DNA of 64,000 bases from Pseudomonadota bacterium (GCA_041178085.1 JBEGVZ010000082.1:1-64000), one strand, 5' to 3'; counted from the first letter of the stretch, positions 37,421 to 47,721 are shown. Numbers and translations are program-made. Notes: generated by a model not told the origin, from the letters alone.

Positions 37421-38253
37421 TGGATCTCATCCCGCTTCTGCAAAAGCTGCGCAGCAATACTCACTGCAATCTCGGCTGGTGCATTGTTGCCGATCGGCAA
37501 GCCAATGGGACAATGGATGACGCTGACTTGCGCTTCAGTAAAACCTTCCTGAAGCAAATTGGCACGCAGCGTCCGCGCCTTGGGGACACTACCGATGACG
37601 CCAAGAAATGCGGCGCTGTCGCGCTTGAGAATTTGACGCACGACTGGCAAGTCCGTCGCGTGACCCTGGGTGATGCACAGGTAAAAAATGTTTTCCGGGA
37701 GTTTCCAAACATAAGCAGGAAGGTCTGGCGTCAGAATTTTTTGCAAGTTGGGGCGATCCGGGATTTTTGCCAGCCACTCTTCGCGGTGGTCGATGCACCA
37801 GACGTTACAGTCGAATCCACAAATCAGGGGGACCACTGCCTGGGCGACGTGACCGGCGCCAAACACAGCGATGTTCCAGGCACGGTTGGCAGCAAGTTCA
37901 TAAAAGACCGTCGCGGCACCGCCACAGACCATACCGAGATCCTGCTGAAGGTCATAACGAACCATTTCCGGAGCCGGCGAGGTCGTGGATTCGCTTGCAG
38001 AAGCAGAAGCGATCATTTTTTTGGCGTGCTCGATGGCCCGGGCTTCAAGGCGTCCTCCGCCCACTGTTCCCCACAGCAATCCCTCGGCACCGACAATCGC
38101 CTTGGCACCGATATCCTGGGGCACATGCCCTTCCGGCTGCACCAAAGTCACCGTGACGAACGTCTGCCCGTGGCGGGTAAGTTCAGCGGCCTTGGCGACA
38201 TAGTCCCGGATAAAACGGCTCAAGTAGAACCCTCCTTGACGGGGGATTCCCAT
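37417..38253 (-). CDS. xdhC: Xanthine dehydrogenase accessory protein
   Basis: GHVPQDIGAK, GTVGGGRLE, LGMVCGG, VFGAGHVA, GHATD, GVIGS, CPIG, PAEIAVSIAAQL. Confidence 0.92.
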   Translation of the reverse strand: MGIPRQGGFYLSRFIRDYVAKAAELTRHGQTFVTVTLVQPEGHVPQDIGAKAIVGAEGLLWGTVGGGRLEARAIEHAKKMIASASASESTTSPAPEMVRYDLQQDLGMVCGGAATVFYELAANRAWNIAVFGAGHVAQAVVPLICGFDCNVWCIDHREEWLAKIPDRPNLQKILTPDLPAYVWKLPENIFYLCITQGHATDLPVVRQILKRDSAAFLGVIGSVPKARTLRANLLQEGFTEAQVSVIHCPIGLPIGNNAPAEIAVSIAAQLLQKRDEIH

Positions 38254-40688
38254 CTGGCAAACGCCGCAGGCGAAAGGCCTCGCAGAACACGTTCTGCAGT
38301 CGCCGGAATTGCCATTGGGACGATCACATTTTTTTCACCGCCGGCTTCGCGCCAGGACATGACAGCGTCACGCACGGCCGTCCAGACGGAGAGCGACAAA
38401 AGAAGGGGCGGCTCACCAACAGCTTTGGTGCCACGGACATTGACAACATTGCCTTCGTTTTCAATCAAGTTGACATTGAAGACGCGCGGTGTGTCCTGGC
38501 TGCTTGGGATTTTGTAGGTACTCGGAGAATGGCTCACCAGAAGCCCATCGTTGTTATAAACGAGGTTCTCGGTGGTAACCCACCCCATCCCCTGGATAAA
38601 CGCCCCGGTCACCTGACCTAAATCAAGTCCGTGATTTACCGGACGCCCAAGGTCCATCAAGATGTCGACCCTGCGGACTTTGACTTCACCCGTGAAACGA
38701 TCCAGCTCGACTTCACTCGCAGCCACGCCCTGTGTGTAATAAAGAAACGCCTGGCCTTGTCCCTTCAGCTTGTCAAAACCAAGTCCGGGAATGCGAAAGT
38801 GGGCATATTCACTGAGTGAAATACGATTCAGGTAGGCTTCGCGCAAAAGCTCTGCGAACCCAATCGAGAATTTGCCACCGTCCACGTGCACTCGTCCGCC
38901 AGAGAAGTTCACGCGTGCGAGCGACGCCTCGCAATCCTGCGCCGAAACCTGGATCTCTGGCATCGTGCCAAGGCCAGCGGTCTTGCTGGCCCAGGAATCC
39001 GATGGGATATCCTTCAAGCGCACGGCGACTGCACCCAGGCGACGGCGCAGTGCGATGCAGGCGTCACGCGCCGCAGCACCGTTGATATCAGTACCACTTG
39101 AGGCGGCAGTAGGAGACGTATTGGCATTTTTTTCAGTCGAAGTCGGCATGACGCGCACTGCCGAGAGAGGCAGGCCCAGCTCTTCAGCAACGATGGCAGC
39201 AATGCGGACATTGACCCCCTGCCCCATTTCGACCGCTCCGGTCGAAACCTGGACGGTGCCGTCTGTATGAAGGACGACCAGGGCGTTGCCCTGGTTCAAG
39301 AAACGCGTGGTGAATGAAATGCCAAACTTGACCGCAGTCAGCGACAGGCCACGGGGGTTGAGGCCATCTTTACGGGCACGAATGTTCCATTCGCGCAGGG
39401 CTGCACGACGGCTGCGGTAGTCGCAGTCTTCCTCAAGACGGGAGAAAAGCCCGGGTAACATGTTGTTGTCGACACGCTGGCCGTAATGGGTGATGTCCTG
39501 ACCGGGCCCGTAACAATTCAACTTGCGGACGTCGAGAGCATCCCGCCCCGTAACACGGGCAATGTCCTCGATCACGGACTCGATCAGCGCCACACCTTTT
39601 GGTCCGCCAAACCCACGAAAAGCTGTGTGCGGGTGGTAGTTCAGGCGGCATACTTGACCGCGCACACGCATGTTGGCGATGAAGTAAGCGTTGTCGCTGT
39701 GAAGCATGGCGCGTTCCATGATCGCAGTCGACAGGTCGGCATAAGCACCACCGTCAGAGTAGAGCATGGCGTCAAGCGCAAGGATCCTTCCCTCTGCATC
39801 AAAGCCGCATTCATAGTGAATCTGAAACGGATTGCGCTTGCCCGTGATGATCATGTCGTCATCTTTGGAAATGGCAAGTCGTGCCGGGCGGCCACTTTTT
39901 TTGGCAATCATAGCCGCATAGGCGGCAATTGGCGCAGCCTGTGATTCCTTGCCGCCGAATCCGCCACCAAGACGCTTCGCGATGCAAACCACATCCTTCA
40001 GCGGCAAGCCGCAGGCCTCTGCCACAACATGCTGGGTCTCTGTCGTGTGCTGGGTAGAGGAATGGACTTCAACCTGGCCGTCTTCGCGCGGGTAGACCAG
40101 CGCTGCCTGGCTTTCCAGGTAAAAATGATCCGCGCCCTGGATCTTTACGACACCGGATAGTTTATGAGGAGCTTTTGCAAGAGCTGCGGCCGCATCGCCC
40201 CGGATAATGGCACGTTCCGAACCAATAAAACTGCGCGCGGCGACTGCTGCATCAACCGTCATGATCGCCGGAAGTTTTACCCATTCGACGATGACCGCGG
40301 CAAGCCCACGTTGAAGGGCTGTCTTCGACTCCGCGCCCAAAACAGCCACCACTTCGCCAGCGTAGTTTACTTCACCGTCTGCAATGACCGGCTGGTCCTG
40401 AAAGATCGTGCCCCACGCATTATGGACCACATCTGCGGCTGTCACACCACAGATGACACCGGGGACTTTGAGGGCCGGACCAATATCCAGTCTTTTGACT
40501 TTCGCACGGGCGTAAGGGCTGTAAACCAGCCCGCAAAAAAGCTCGCCCTTTTGCACGGGGCGATCATCAACATACTCAGACCGGCCACTCACATGAGTGG
40601 TCGAGGAATCGTGCGCAGCGCTGCCACGATATTCAAGCAGCTTCGGAATAGCCGCGGGTACGTCTGGAAGCTTGCCATCACGGGCCAT
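38220..40688 (-). CDS. xdhB: Xanthine dehydrogenase molybdopterin-binding subunit
   Basis: HFYLE, RLGGGFGGKESQ, AFRGFGGP, KFGISFT, EMGQG, SPTAASSG, KAVGEPP. Confidence 0.95.
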   Translation of the reverse strand: MARDGKLPDVPAAIPKLLEYRGSAAHDSSTTHVSGRSEYVDDRPVQKGELFCGLVYSPYARAKVKRLDIGPALKVPGVICGVTAADVVHNAWGTIFQDQPVIADGEVNYAGEVVAVLGAESKTALQRGLAAVIVEWVKLPAIMTVDAAVAARSFIGSERAIIRGDAAAALAKAPHKLSGVVKIQGADHFYLESQAALVYPREDGQVEVHSSTQHTTETQHVVAEACGLPLKDVVCIAKRLGGGFGGKESQAAPIAAYAAMIAKKSGRPARLAISKDDDMIITGKRNPFQIHYECGFDAEGRILALDAMLYSDGGAYADLSTAIMERAMLHSDNAYFIANMRVRGQVCRLNYHPHTAFRGFGGPKGVALIESVIEDIARVTGRDALDVRKLNCYGPGQDITHYGQRVDNNMLPGLFSRLEEDCDYRSRRAALREWNIRARKDGLNPRGLSLTAVKFGISFTTRFLNQGNALVVLHTDGTVQVSTGAVEMGQGVNVRIAAIVAEELGLPLSAVRVMPTSTEKNANTSPTAASSGTDINGAAARDACIALRRRLGAVAVRLKDIPSDSWASKTAGLGTMPEIQVSAQDCEASLARVNFSGGRVHVDGGKFSIGFAELLREAYLNRISLSEYAHFRIPGLGFDKLKGQGQAFLYYTQGVAASEVELDRFTGEVKVRRVDILMDLGRPVNHGLDLGQVTGAFIQGMGWVTTENLVYNNDGLLVSHSPSTYKIPSSQDTPRVFNVNLIENEGNVVNVRGTKAVGEPPLLLSLSVWTAVRDAVMSWREAGGEKNVIVPMAIPATAERVLRGLSPAAFARWESPVKEGST

Positions 40689-42135
40689 GAAGAATCTCCT
40701 CGCCGTAACGACGGAAAAGATTTGCCGCCAAGACCCGGCGGTAGGCGGCCGTTCCCCGGACATCGCTTAGGGGAGAGATCGATTCGGCGATCAACTCCGC
40801 AACTTCCTCGATGCGTTCAGGCGTCAGGATAGTCCCGCGCAGGCTTTCTTCCGCTGCAGGAACACGGACAGGTGTGGCAGCAACGCCGCCGTAAGCGATG
40901 CGTGCCGACTCCACACGCCGGGCCGTGCCACGACCGCTCAGGGCAAGGGAAAAAGCGCCACTGACCGCACTGATATCCAGGTCCTTGCGTTGACTGACTT
41001 TGTACAGGCGCAGGAATTCTCTCGCCCCCGTACGGTCGAAAGAAATGTGGGTGATGATTTCACCTGGCTGCTTCGCCAGCTTTTTATACCCCAGATAGAA
41101 CTCGGTCATTGGCACGGTGCGCTTCACAACAGGGCCTTTGCCGCCTGGGCGAGAAGCCAGATGGATGGTACCGCCAGCAATCAAAAGAAACGGCAGCGTA
41201 TCCCCGATCGGCGAGGCATTGGCGATGTTCCCGGTCAAAGTCGCAACGTTCTTGATCTGGGGAGACGCGAACAAGTTCAGGAAACGTGCAAATTCCGGTG
41301 CAACATCCTCTGCCTCGCGGCGCAGCCGCGACAGCGTCACGCGCGCGCCAACCGTCAGGCCAGTGCGCGTCTTCTTCACAGAATAAAGCTCCGGGATCAG
41401 GTGCAGACTGAGAATCGCCTGCGGCATTGGCTTGCCCTTGTTTACCTGGACGCCAATGTCGGTCGAAGCCGCCATGATGCGGGCGTCAGGATTTTCAAAG
41501 GCGAAGGTCGCAGCTTCTCGCAAGGAAACGGGGGCAAAAAACTTCACCCCGTCGTCCTCAATGCGCAGAGATTTTTTTCCATGGGCGATCAAATCCGCGC
41601 TGGCAGCCGGATCCAGGTAACGCCCGGAAACGGAGTGGCTTTTGCTTGCCCGCGCCTTTACGGCAGCATCCAGAATCGGCTGATACCCCGTGCAACGGCA
41701 AAGGTTGCCCGTGACGTAATTGTTGGCGGTTTTGGCATCGACCTGGTCGTGTTTTTCAAACATGCCGGTCAGGGCCATGATGAAACCCGGCGTGCAATAC
41801 CCGCACTGGGAACCGTGGCACTCCTTCATGGCTTGCTGGACTGGCGACAGTTCCGCGCCGTTCTGGATCCCCTCGACGGTGACAACGTGGGACCCGTCCA
41901 TCTGGGCTACCGTGGCGATGCAGGAATTCATGGACTCGAACTGCAGCGGGCCAGAGTCTTCCTGCGGAAAACAGCGCAGCACCGTGCAAGCTCCGCAATC
42001 CCCTTCTGCACAGACGATTTTGGTGCCGGTCATGCCGGCTTCCTTGCGAAGCCACTCCGCCATCATCATGAGGGCTTCGCGACCCCGCACTTCCCGGCGA
42101 TGGCCATTCAGATAGATCAGTGAGTAATCACGCAT
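40678..42135 (-). CDS. xdhA: Xanthine dehydrogenase small subunit (2Fe-2S + FAD)
   Basis: GTKIVCAEGDCGAC, GSQCGYCTPG, GNLCRCTGY, FASPQIKN.AT..GNIANASPIGD. Confidence 0.95.
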   Translation of the reverse strand: MRDYSLIYLNGHRREVRGREALMMMAEWLRKEAGMTGTKIVCAEGDCGACTVLRCFPQEDSGPLQFESMNSCIATVAQMDGSHVVTVEGIQNGAELSPVQQAMKECHGSQCGYCTPGFIMALTGMFEKHDQVDAKTANNYVTGNLCRCTGYQPILDAAVKARASKSHSVSGRYLDPAASADLIAHGKKSLRIEDDGVKFFAPVSLREAATFAFENPDARIMAASTDIGVQVNKGKPMPQAILSLHLIPELYSVKKTRTGLTVGARVTLSRLRREAEDVAPEFARFLNLFASPQIKNVATLTGNIANASPIGDTLPFLLIAGGTIHLASRPGGKGPVVKRTVPMTEFYLGYKKLAKQPGEIITHISFDRTGAREFLRLYKVSQRKDLDISAVSGAFSLALSGRGTARRVESARIAYGGVAATPVRVPAAEESLRGTILTPERIEEVAELIAESISPLSDVRGTAAYRRVLAANLFRRYGEEILHGP

Positions 42136-42180
42136 AGAGACCATCCATAGCATGGTTCCCCGGCAGGGCTAAAGGGGCCT

Positions 42181-42951
42181 TTACCGCTGCACGGCAAACC
42201 GTGCCGTCACACTGACCGACACGTCCACAGCCTTGGCCTGGACAACGGGAGCCGGGGCGGAGTCGCTGTCCTCTGCGACAGCAGACGCCTCCATCATGGG
42301 CATGGCGGCCTTATACTGTGGCCCACCAAAGTAACCCCCACGGCCGGCACTTTCTGCGACTTGCAGCAATTCACCGACCTTCACGCCGCCTCCTGCCGCA
42401 ACGCGGGCAGCCTTGGCGACGGCGTTTTGGGTGGCCGTCTCCAGGCATGCCTCACGCTCGGATTTCATCTTCTCGGGCGAAACGAAGGTTTCCAGACCAC
42501 CCACACGCTCCGCGCCAGCGCTGCTGGCAGCAGCGATCACTTCGCCCAGTCGCGCGATATCAGATGTTTCAAAGCGCGTGGCCATCGTCGCACGAAACCC
42601 CTTTTTCACCCATTTCTTGTTCTGGAATTCACGCTCTTCCTCGACGGAATAGCCTTCTGTTTCAGGGGTGTATTCAGGCAGGTTAAGGGCCTTAACAGCG
42701 GCTTTCACCTTTTCATGTGCCTCGATCACCTTGGTCGACGCTTCTTTTGGCGTCGGATGCACCGCCGTGGACGCAACGAGCACCGCACCACGATCTTGCA
42801 GGACCTTGCGCAGGCATTCACCACTAACAGAAATTCCGGAGTCCCCTTGGACGGGTGCTGTGGGCGGATGGATCGGCGCGGACTTGGTACAACCACCTGC
42901 GATGGTGATTGCAACGAACAAAAAAGAAGTTACCAGCATCCTGAACATCAC
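42181..42951 (-). CDS. SIMPL (DUF541) domain lipoprotein
   Basis: AGGC lipobox; ISVSGE, A..NA..KA...A...G..VG, C-terminal VSVSVTARF. Confidence 0.7.
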   Translation of the reverse strand: MMFRMLVTSFLFVAITIAGGCTKSAPIHPPTAPVQGDSGISVSGECLRKVLQDRGAVLVASTAVHPTPKEASTKVIEAHEKVKAAVKALNLPEYTPETEGYSVEEEREFQNKKWVKKGFRATMATRFETSDIARLGEVIAAASSAGAERVGGLETFVSPEKMKSEREACLETATQNAVAKAARVAAGGGVKVGELLQVAESAGRGGYFGGPQYKAAMPMMEASAVAEDSDSAPAPVVQAKAVDVSVSVTARFAVQR

Positions 42952-42993
42952 GTGTCTCCTCCGTAACCAGAGAAAACTATCGCACTAATTGGG

Positions 42994-43944
42994 CTATGGG
43001 TCCACATCCCCGCTACCGGTTTTACCTTTGACCACGGCAATGGCCGCCGCCAACGCACCGCCTCCCCAGCCCATTCGTACAATCCAGCGATCAACCGGAA
43101 AAAGACGGATCGCCAGGAAAATCAAATAACCGGCGGCAACAGGGCGTAACATACCCCAAAGGACGGGCGCCCACTCGTGTTCGGCGAACCAGAAGAAAAC
43201 CCCTGTCATGAACAAAGGAACCAGAAACAGGGGGCGCATCAGGTCGCGCAAAGCACCGAACGACGCATCACCGAGGCTAGTAGCCGACTGATCTGCGCCC
43301 TCATAGCGTTTGGGTAGACCGGCCAAACCCAGCTTGATCAAACGCTCGCTGACCAGATGCTGCTCGTCCACATTCGCACGCCACCCCGCAAGGCAAACCG
43401 CAGCCGCCACCAGCATTTTCGTTCCGGCAAAAAGAAACACCATCCGCCACAAGAGGTCCGGCGTAAGCGCCACGACGTCCTGCAGGAGGCGACTATAATA
43501 AGCAAACAAGCGTTGCAACTGCTCCTCACCAAGCGCCAGGCCGTAGACAAGAAACAAGATTGCAACGGGCTGAAGCACGCCCCAAAGTGCCAACAGGGCG
43601 CCGCCCACCACTGCACCGATTACATTGGCTCCAAAGACAAACGTTGAAAAAGAAAACAACAACCCCTGCGCTGCGATGGCCAGCATCGGCAGAAGTTTTT
43701 TTCCGGCCGGGGAAAGCGACTTGAGCAAAGCCGCGATGTTTGACACACGCAGCGGCAAGATCCGGGCGTCGCCCGCACTGCGATTGAGTTTGATCACGCG
43801 TGTCAGGAAGAGAGCCTGGTTAATCGACAGGAAAGTCCCCGACAGGGGAATTTTCATGCCATGAAGCAAACTACCAAGACCGACCTCCGCAATTCCGAGG
43901 GTCCCGGCGTAGAAGCCCACCACCTTTGGATCTGTTGGGGTCAA
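42994..43944 (-). CDS. Hypothetical multi-pass membrane protein
   Basis: Several hydrophobic segments; GIAEVGLGSLLH..KIP.SG, ALLKSLSP; 4-nt overlap with the guaD stop. Confidence 0.65.
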   Translation of the reverse strand: MTPTDPKVVGFYAGTLGIAEVGLGSLLHGMKIPLSGTFLSINQALFLTRVIKLNRSAGDARILPLRVSNIAALLKSLSPAGKKLLPMLAIAAQGLLFSFSTFVFGANVIGAVVGGALLALWGVLQPVAILFLVYGLALGEEQLQRLFAYYSRLLQDVVALTPDLLWRMVFLFAGTKMLVAAAVCLAGWRANVDEQHLVSERLIKLGLAGLPKRYEGADQSATSLGDASFGALRDLMRPLFLVPLFMTGVFFWFAEHEWAPVLWGMLRPVAAGYLIFLAIRLFPVDRWIVRMGWGGGALAAAIAVVKGKTGSGDVDP

Positions 43945-45314
43945 GCCACACGGCCCTCATTCTGGCGGTCAAAAACACAATTGCCGCCAACGTAAAGCTT
44001 TTTCAGCAGACGGTCGTCCCCGTGGACAATCGTCGCAAACAGGCGTTCCGTGGCGCTCGAGGCCCTCTCTAAGCGCTCCCGCAGAAGGTCCTTGCCCGCA
44101 AAAGACAACACCTGGAAGTCCGCCTGCTTTCCGGACTCAAGACTTCCAGCCCGGTCGTCCATGTGCAGGGCTTCTGCACCGGCAAGAGTGGCCAGGTAAA
44201 GAAGGGCCGCAGGGTCCGGAGCCTGGCTGAGCAACGCCTGGATCTTGTAGGCCTCGAGCATGGTCACCCAAGGGGACAAGCTGGTCCCTGCCCCAATGTC
44301 GCTGCCTAGCGCCACTTCCACTCCTGCGTCGCAGGTTTTCTTGAGGTCAATCAATCCGCTGCCAAGAAAAGTGTTCGAAGTCGGACAGTGGACCACCGTC
44401 GCACCATGCCGGGCGATGCGGTCACGTTCCTCTGCAGTTAACCAGATGCCGTGCCCCAGGAGCGTCCGTTCGTTCACAAGGCCGAAATCTTCGTAAATGC
44501 TCAAGTAATCCTTGGCCGCAGGAAAAGCTTCACGGACGCCTTTGAGCTCGCCCTCACACTCAGAGATGTGGGTCTGGATAAACGTATCGCGATGCCGCCC
44601 ATGCAGGTCGGCAAGCGCCTTCATCTGATCCCGGGAAGAAGTCAGCACAAAACGCGGCGTCACCGCATAGAAAAGACGCCCGTCACGCTTGTGCCACTTG
44701 GCAATCAGCGCCTCCTGGGCCTCAACATCGGCTTGCCAGGGCATCAGGACACCCTGAGGGGCGTTAACGTCCATGCTGGTTTTGCCCACGACACCACGCA
44801 GGCCAGAACGGTGTAACGCTGCAAACAAGACCTCAGCAGCCGCTGGATGCACGCTGCTGAAGATTACGCTCAGGCTGATGCCGTTACGGGCAAGCTCTCG
44901 CACAAAACGTACGGCGACATCACCCGCATAGGCTGCATCTTGAAAGCGCGACTCAGCTGGAAAAATATAGCTTTCAAGCCACTGGATCAGGTGCTTGCCG
45001 TAAGAGCCAATCGCATCCATTTGCGGAAAGTGCAAATGCGCATCAACAAACCCAGGCACCAGGATCCCGTCGCCGTGATCTTCTACGCGGGCCACGGGGT
45101 ATTTGCCTTTCATGACGGCAAAAGCGCCCGCATCAATGATCGCGCCCGCAACTTCATCCACCACCAGCGCCGCGTCGCCCACAGCCTCAAAGACATAGCG
45201 GTCACCAAGGCGCCCCCGGCGTATTGTCCCGCTTGAGCCGGGGCCACCGTGGGTCCCGGAACTCACTTTGCTTTTCGTGTGCCACATTTCTGCGGCCCGG
45301 TGGATTACCGGCAT
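43941..45314 (-). CDS. guaD: Guanine deaminase
   Basis: PGFVDAHLHFPQ, WLESYIFPAE, YAVTPRF, IQTHISE, HCPTSNTFLGSG, LGSDIGAGTS; start uncertain (45314 to 45266). Confidence 0.92.
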   Translation of the reverse strand: MPVIHRAAEMWHTKSKVSSGTHGGPGSSGTIRRGRLGDRYVFEAVGDAALVVDEVAGAIIDAGAFAVMKGKYPVARVEDHGDGILVPGFVDAHLHFPQMDAIGSYGKHLIQWLESYIFPAESRFQDAAYAGDVAVRFVRELARNGISLSVIFSSVHPAAAEVLFAALHRSGLRGVVGKTSMDVNAPQGVLMPWQADVEAQEALIAKWHKRDGRLFYAVTPRFVLTSSRDQMKALADLHGRHRDTFIQTHISECEGELKGVREAFPAAKDYLSIYEDFGLVNERTLLGHGIWLTAEERDRIARHGATVVHCPTSNTFLGSGLIDLKKTCDAGVEVALGSDIGAGTSLSPWVTMLEAYKIQALLSQAPDPAALLYLATLAGAEALHMDDRAGSLESGKQADFQVLSFAGKDLLRERLERASSATERLFATIVHGDDRLLKKLYVGGNCVFDRQNEGRVA

Positions 45315-45449
45315 GAAAATCCCCGAACAAACTTTCAGTTTCCCCCAGCGACCAGGAGTTGCCTCTTGGACCGGGGTTACGAGGGGACGATCATGAAGGG
45401 TTTAAACCGATTTGCCGACCTTTTTTTTCAGGAAACCGGGCTCGGAAGG

Positions 45450-46334
45450 TCAATCAGCAGATTCATGCAGAACTTCCTTGATTTTTCGCTCAAGTGCCCC
45501 GTCGATCCCCCCCGGGAAATCACAATGCTCCCCGGAACGCAGGATCTCCGATTTCACGGGGAAACCTTGCGCCTGATAGTAACTAATGCCTTCTTCGACC
45601 TGATCCAGCAAAAAGTCTCCGGCCGTGGAAAGCCATGACAAACGGAAAGACTTGATATCCTCCTGACCCATATCCAACCGGCTCTGCCAATTTTCAGGAC
45701 CCCCACAGAGCATGACCGCCCCACTCCGATAGTAACGACCGTACAGCGGAATAAACTGTCCGGTAAGGAACTGGCTGCCCCCCGACACACCAGAAAAGTA
45801 GACCCGGTTCAAATCGATGTCGTACTTTTTTGCGATTTCGTTCTGGATCAATTCGTGAAGAAACCGGGCGTTTTGTTCCCCCTGACGATACCACCGGCGT
45901 TCCGCGTTTGGTGCCAGGACAACAATTCCAATCAGGTCATGCTCAAGCCCAATGCGAACATTATCTTCAAACAACCATCGGTAATCCCCGCCACCGTCGC
46001 CGTGCAGGTGTATGGTCAGACCGTAAAGCTTCTGAGAAACATCAGCCGGAATCCTCGTCTTGTAATTGCTAGACTTTTGATTGCTGGCGGTAAAAGTGGC
46101 TTCCACCAGACCAGTTGCCCCACCGCGCCCACCAGACCCCCGCGCAGGAGGCTGTGCACCTTGACCAAAAGGCTGGCCTTGATATCCCGGAAGGTCCCGC
46201 CCACCGTTTGATTGCCCGGGAGCAAGCTGCCCTGGACTCCGGCGCGACGATTCAACGCCACTTCCGCAGGAGGCAATCAAAACCGAAATCATCGCAATGG
46301 CATGGCGCTTTGACACAACCTGTGAATCGTGCAA
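45450..46334 (-). CDS. Alpha/beta hydrolase-fold lipoprotein (putative esterase)
   Basis: IASC lipobox; HLHGDGGG; nucleophile elbow SGVSGG; candidate Asp (GDF) and His (GEHC). Confidence 0.65.
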   Translation of the reverse strand: MHDSQVVSKRHAIAMISVLIASCGSGVESSRRSPGQLAPGQSNGGRDLPGYQGQPFGQGAQPPARGSGGRGGATGLVEATFTASNQKSSNYKTRIPADVSQKLYGLTIHLHGDGGGDYRWLFEDNVRIGLEHDLIGIVVLAPNAERRWYRQGEQNARFLHELIQNEIAKKYDIDLNRVYFSGVSGGSQFLTGQFIPLYGRYYRSGAVMLCGGPENWQSRLDMGQEDIKSFRLSWLSTAGDFLLDQVEEGISYYQAQGFPVKSEILRSGEHCDFPGGIDGALERKIKEVLHESAD

Positions 46335-46693
46335 TCCGCATACCAGCGTAAATATATGTCAACCAGCCGTAACAACAGCGAAATTCAGGTCGCGATCGGG
46401 GGGTATTCAGGGGTTTCTGGTTAACCCTTGATCAGTCTGTCTAAATTTTGGGAACTGCTCCACACAACTGCGCCTGCAACGACCTACACAAGAAAGTTAG
46501 CAATTAGCCGGCCCGCACAGCCCTGACCAGCTGAGCTACCTGCGACCCTTTGCTTTTCGCTCAGCGCCGGGAAACCTTTGTCCGCAAGCCCGGGCGCCCG
46601 TTTAATCATCGTGTACTTGGCAAATCCTGCCCGGACATCACGGAGGATACAGTGACATCATATGTCAGGCGCAGTGATGGAGAGCAGTTAATA

Positions 46694-47443
46694 TCAGTCT
46701 CTGACCGGCAATCCATTGATCTTGCAACTGACCTTTAAACTCCTTCCGGCGCCACTCTTGTTACACACGATGGCAACCGGATTCTGTCCCATTTTTAGAC
46801 GCACGGTGGAGGTGATGATTCGAGTCAGCTCGGGAATCTCTTTACCTGAAGCCATCGAACCAATCCTGCAGTTGACCGTGATGCCAGATGTGCAGGTTCC
46901 GGAAATTTTCGCGGACTTCTTGTCGACATCACCGTCGTATTTTTTGATCATCGACCAAAGTTTTTCAGCGCTTGAACCTTCTTCGGCGTCCCCAGCCTCA
47001 TCCTGATCTGAGTCAGCATCATTGGATTCTTGTTCGCCCGCAGCGATTTCCTTTTTTCCATTGACCAAGCAGGCGCTCCGCCCTGCGCTTGCAGGACAGT
47101 CGACGGACAGGGAGTTCGGTCCCGTGCGCAGCAAAATCTTGAAAGGCCTGAGCAGTGACCAGAGCTTTTCGTCATCGTATGGCTTCGTCGCTGCGTCGTC
47201 CCCGATGTTACATGTGACGCCAGCGAAACCAGACAAGCAGTCGATGGTTACCACCAATCTGTCATCCTCGTTCTGCGCCACGCCAGCATTTTTAAGGAAT
47301 TTAAACAGTGCAGCACTGTTCGGGTATTTCGAACCTGCGGCGGCTGCATCAAGGTCAGCCTGGTTCCCCGCGGTTGATTTGCAAGAAGAAATGTTAGACA
47401 GCAACCAGAGAGAAACCACCGCTGACAAAAGTGAGCTTTTCAT
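46694..47443 (-). CDS. Hypothetical lipoprotein with two internal Cys-containing repeats
   Basis: ISSC lipobox; repeated C.SG..V.C.IG and G.N..C..SAGRS..C.(V/I)NG separated by an acidic linker. Confidence 0.65.
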   Translation of the reverse strand: MKSSLLSAVVSLWLLSNISSCKSTAGNQADLDAAAAGSKYPNSAALFKFLKNAGVAQNEDDRLVVTIDCLSGFAGVTCNIGDDAATKPYDDEKLWSLLRPFKILLRTGPNSLSVDCPASAGRSACLVNGKKEIAAGEQESNDADSDQDEAGDAEEGSSAEKLWSMIKKYDGDVDKKSAKISGTCTSGITVNCRIGSMASGKEIPELTRIITSTVRLKMGQNPVAIVCNKSGAGRSLKVSCKINGLPVRD

Positions 47444-47604
47444 GGAGGGTCCCCAAGTTTAAGCGCGCAAAGATAGCGTCGTTAAATGATGCTGCGATTT
47501 TAGACACCGAGATAATTGAAGTCAAATATTCGCATGATTCCCGGCCGGCCCTCTTTGGTTAGAAACTGATTTAGGATGAGATAGCAATCGCGAAGGCATT
47601 CCTC

Positions 47605-47673
47605 GTGATGACAACGTCCCGGCTGACTGAGTGCCGACTGGCGTGTAGACTAAGTCCACGGCCCGGAAATTAC
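47605..47673 (+). ncRNA. Candidate xanthine (NMT1-like) riboswitch aptamer
   Basis: Nested pairing GTGAT/ATTAC, TCC-C-GGCTG/CGGCC-C-GGA, ACTGAGT/ACTAAGT; 3' strand GCCCGGAAATT resembles the NMT1 motif as I recall it; 48 nt upstream of a nucleobase permease ATG. Confidence 0.5.
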
Positions 47674-47721
47674 CTGCGATGTCTTTCCAAACAACCGGAC
47701 GCCTTGCTGGGGATTAACGCG

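Noticed and set aside
46550..46738. 62-aa plus-strand ORF and TGACAT-CAT-ATGTCA palindrome (46653-46667)
   Set aside because: No RBS or motif support for the ORF; a 6-bp palindrome alone is too weak to call
46438..47506. TGTCTAAA (46438-46445) and its reverse complement TTTAGACA (47499-47506) as terminal inverted repeats of an element
   Set aside because: Only 8 bp, no transposase and no target-site duplication; may be chance or a promoter motif
47630..47712. ZMP/ZTP (pfl) riboswitch suggested by GACTGGCG..CCACGG..CGCC
   Set aside because: The terminal GCCGACCGCCTGGGC-type hairpin and P1 pairing are not convincingly present; the NMT1-like fold explains the region better
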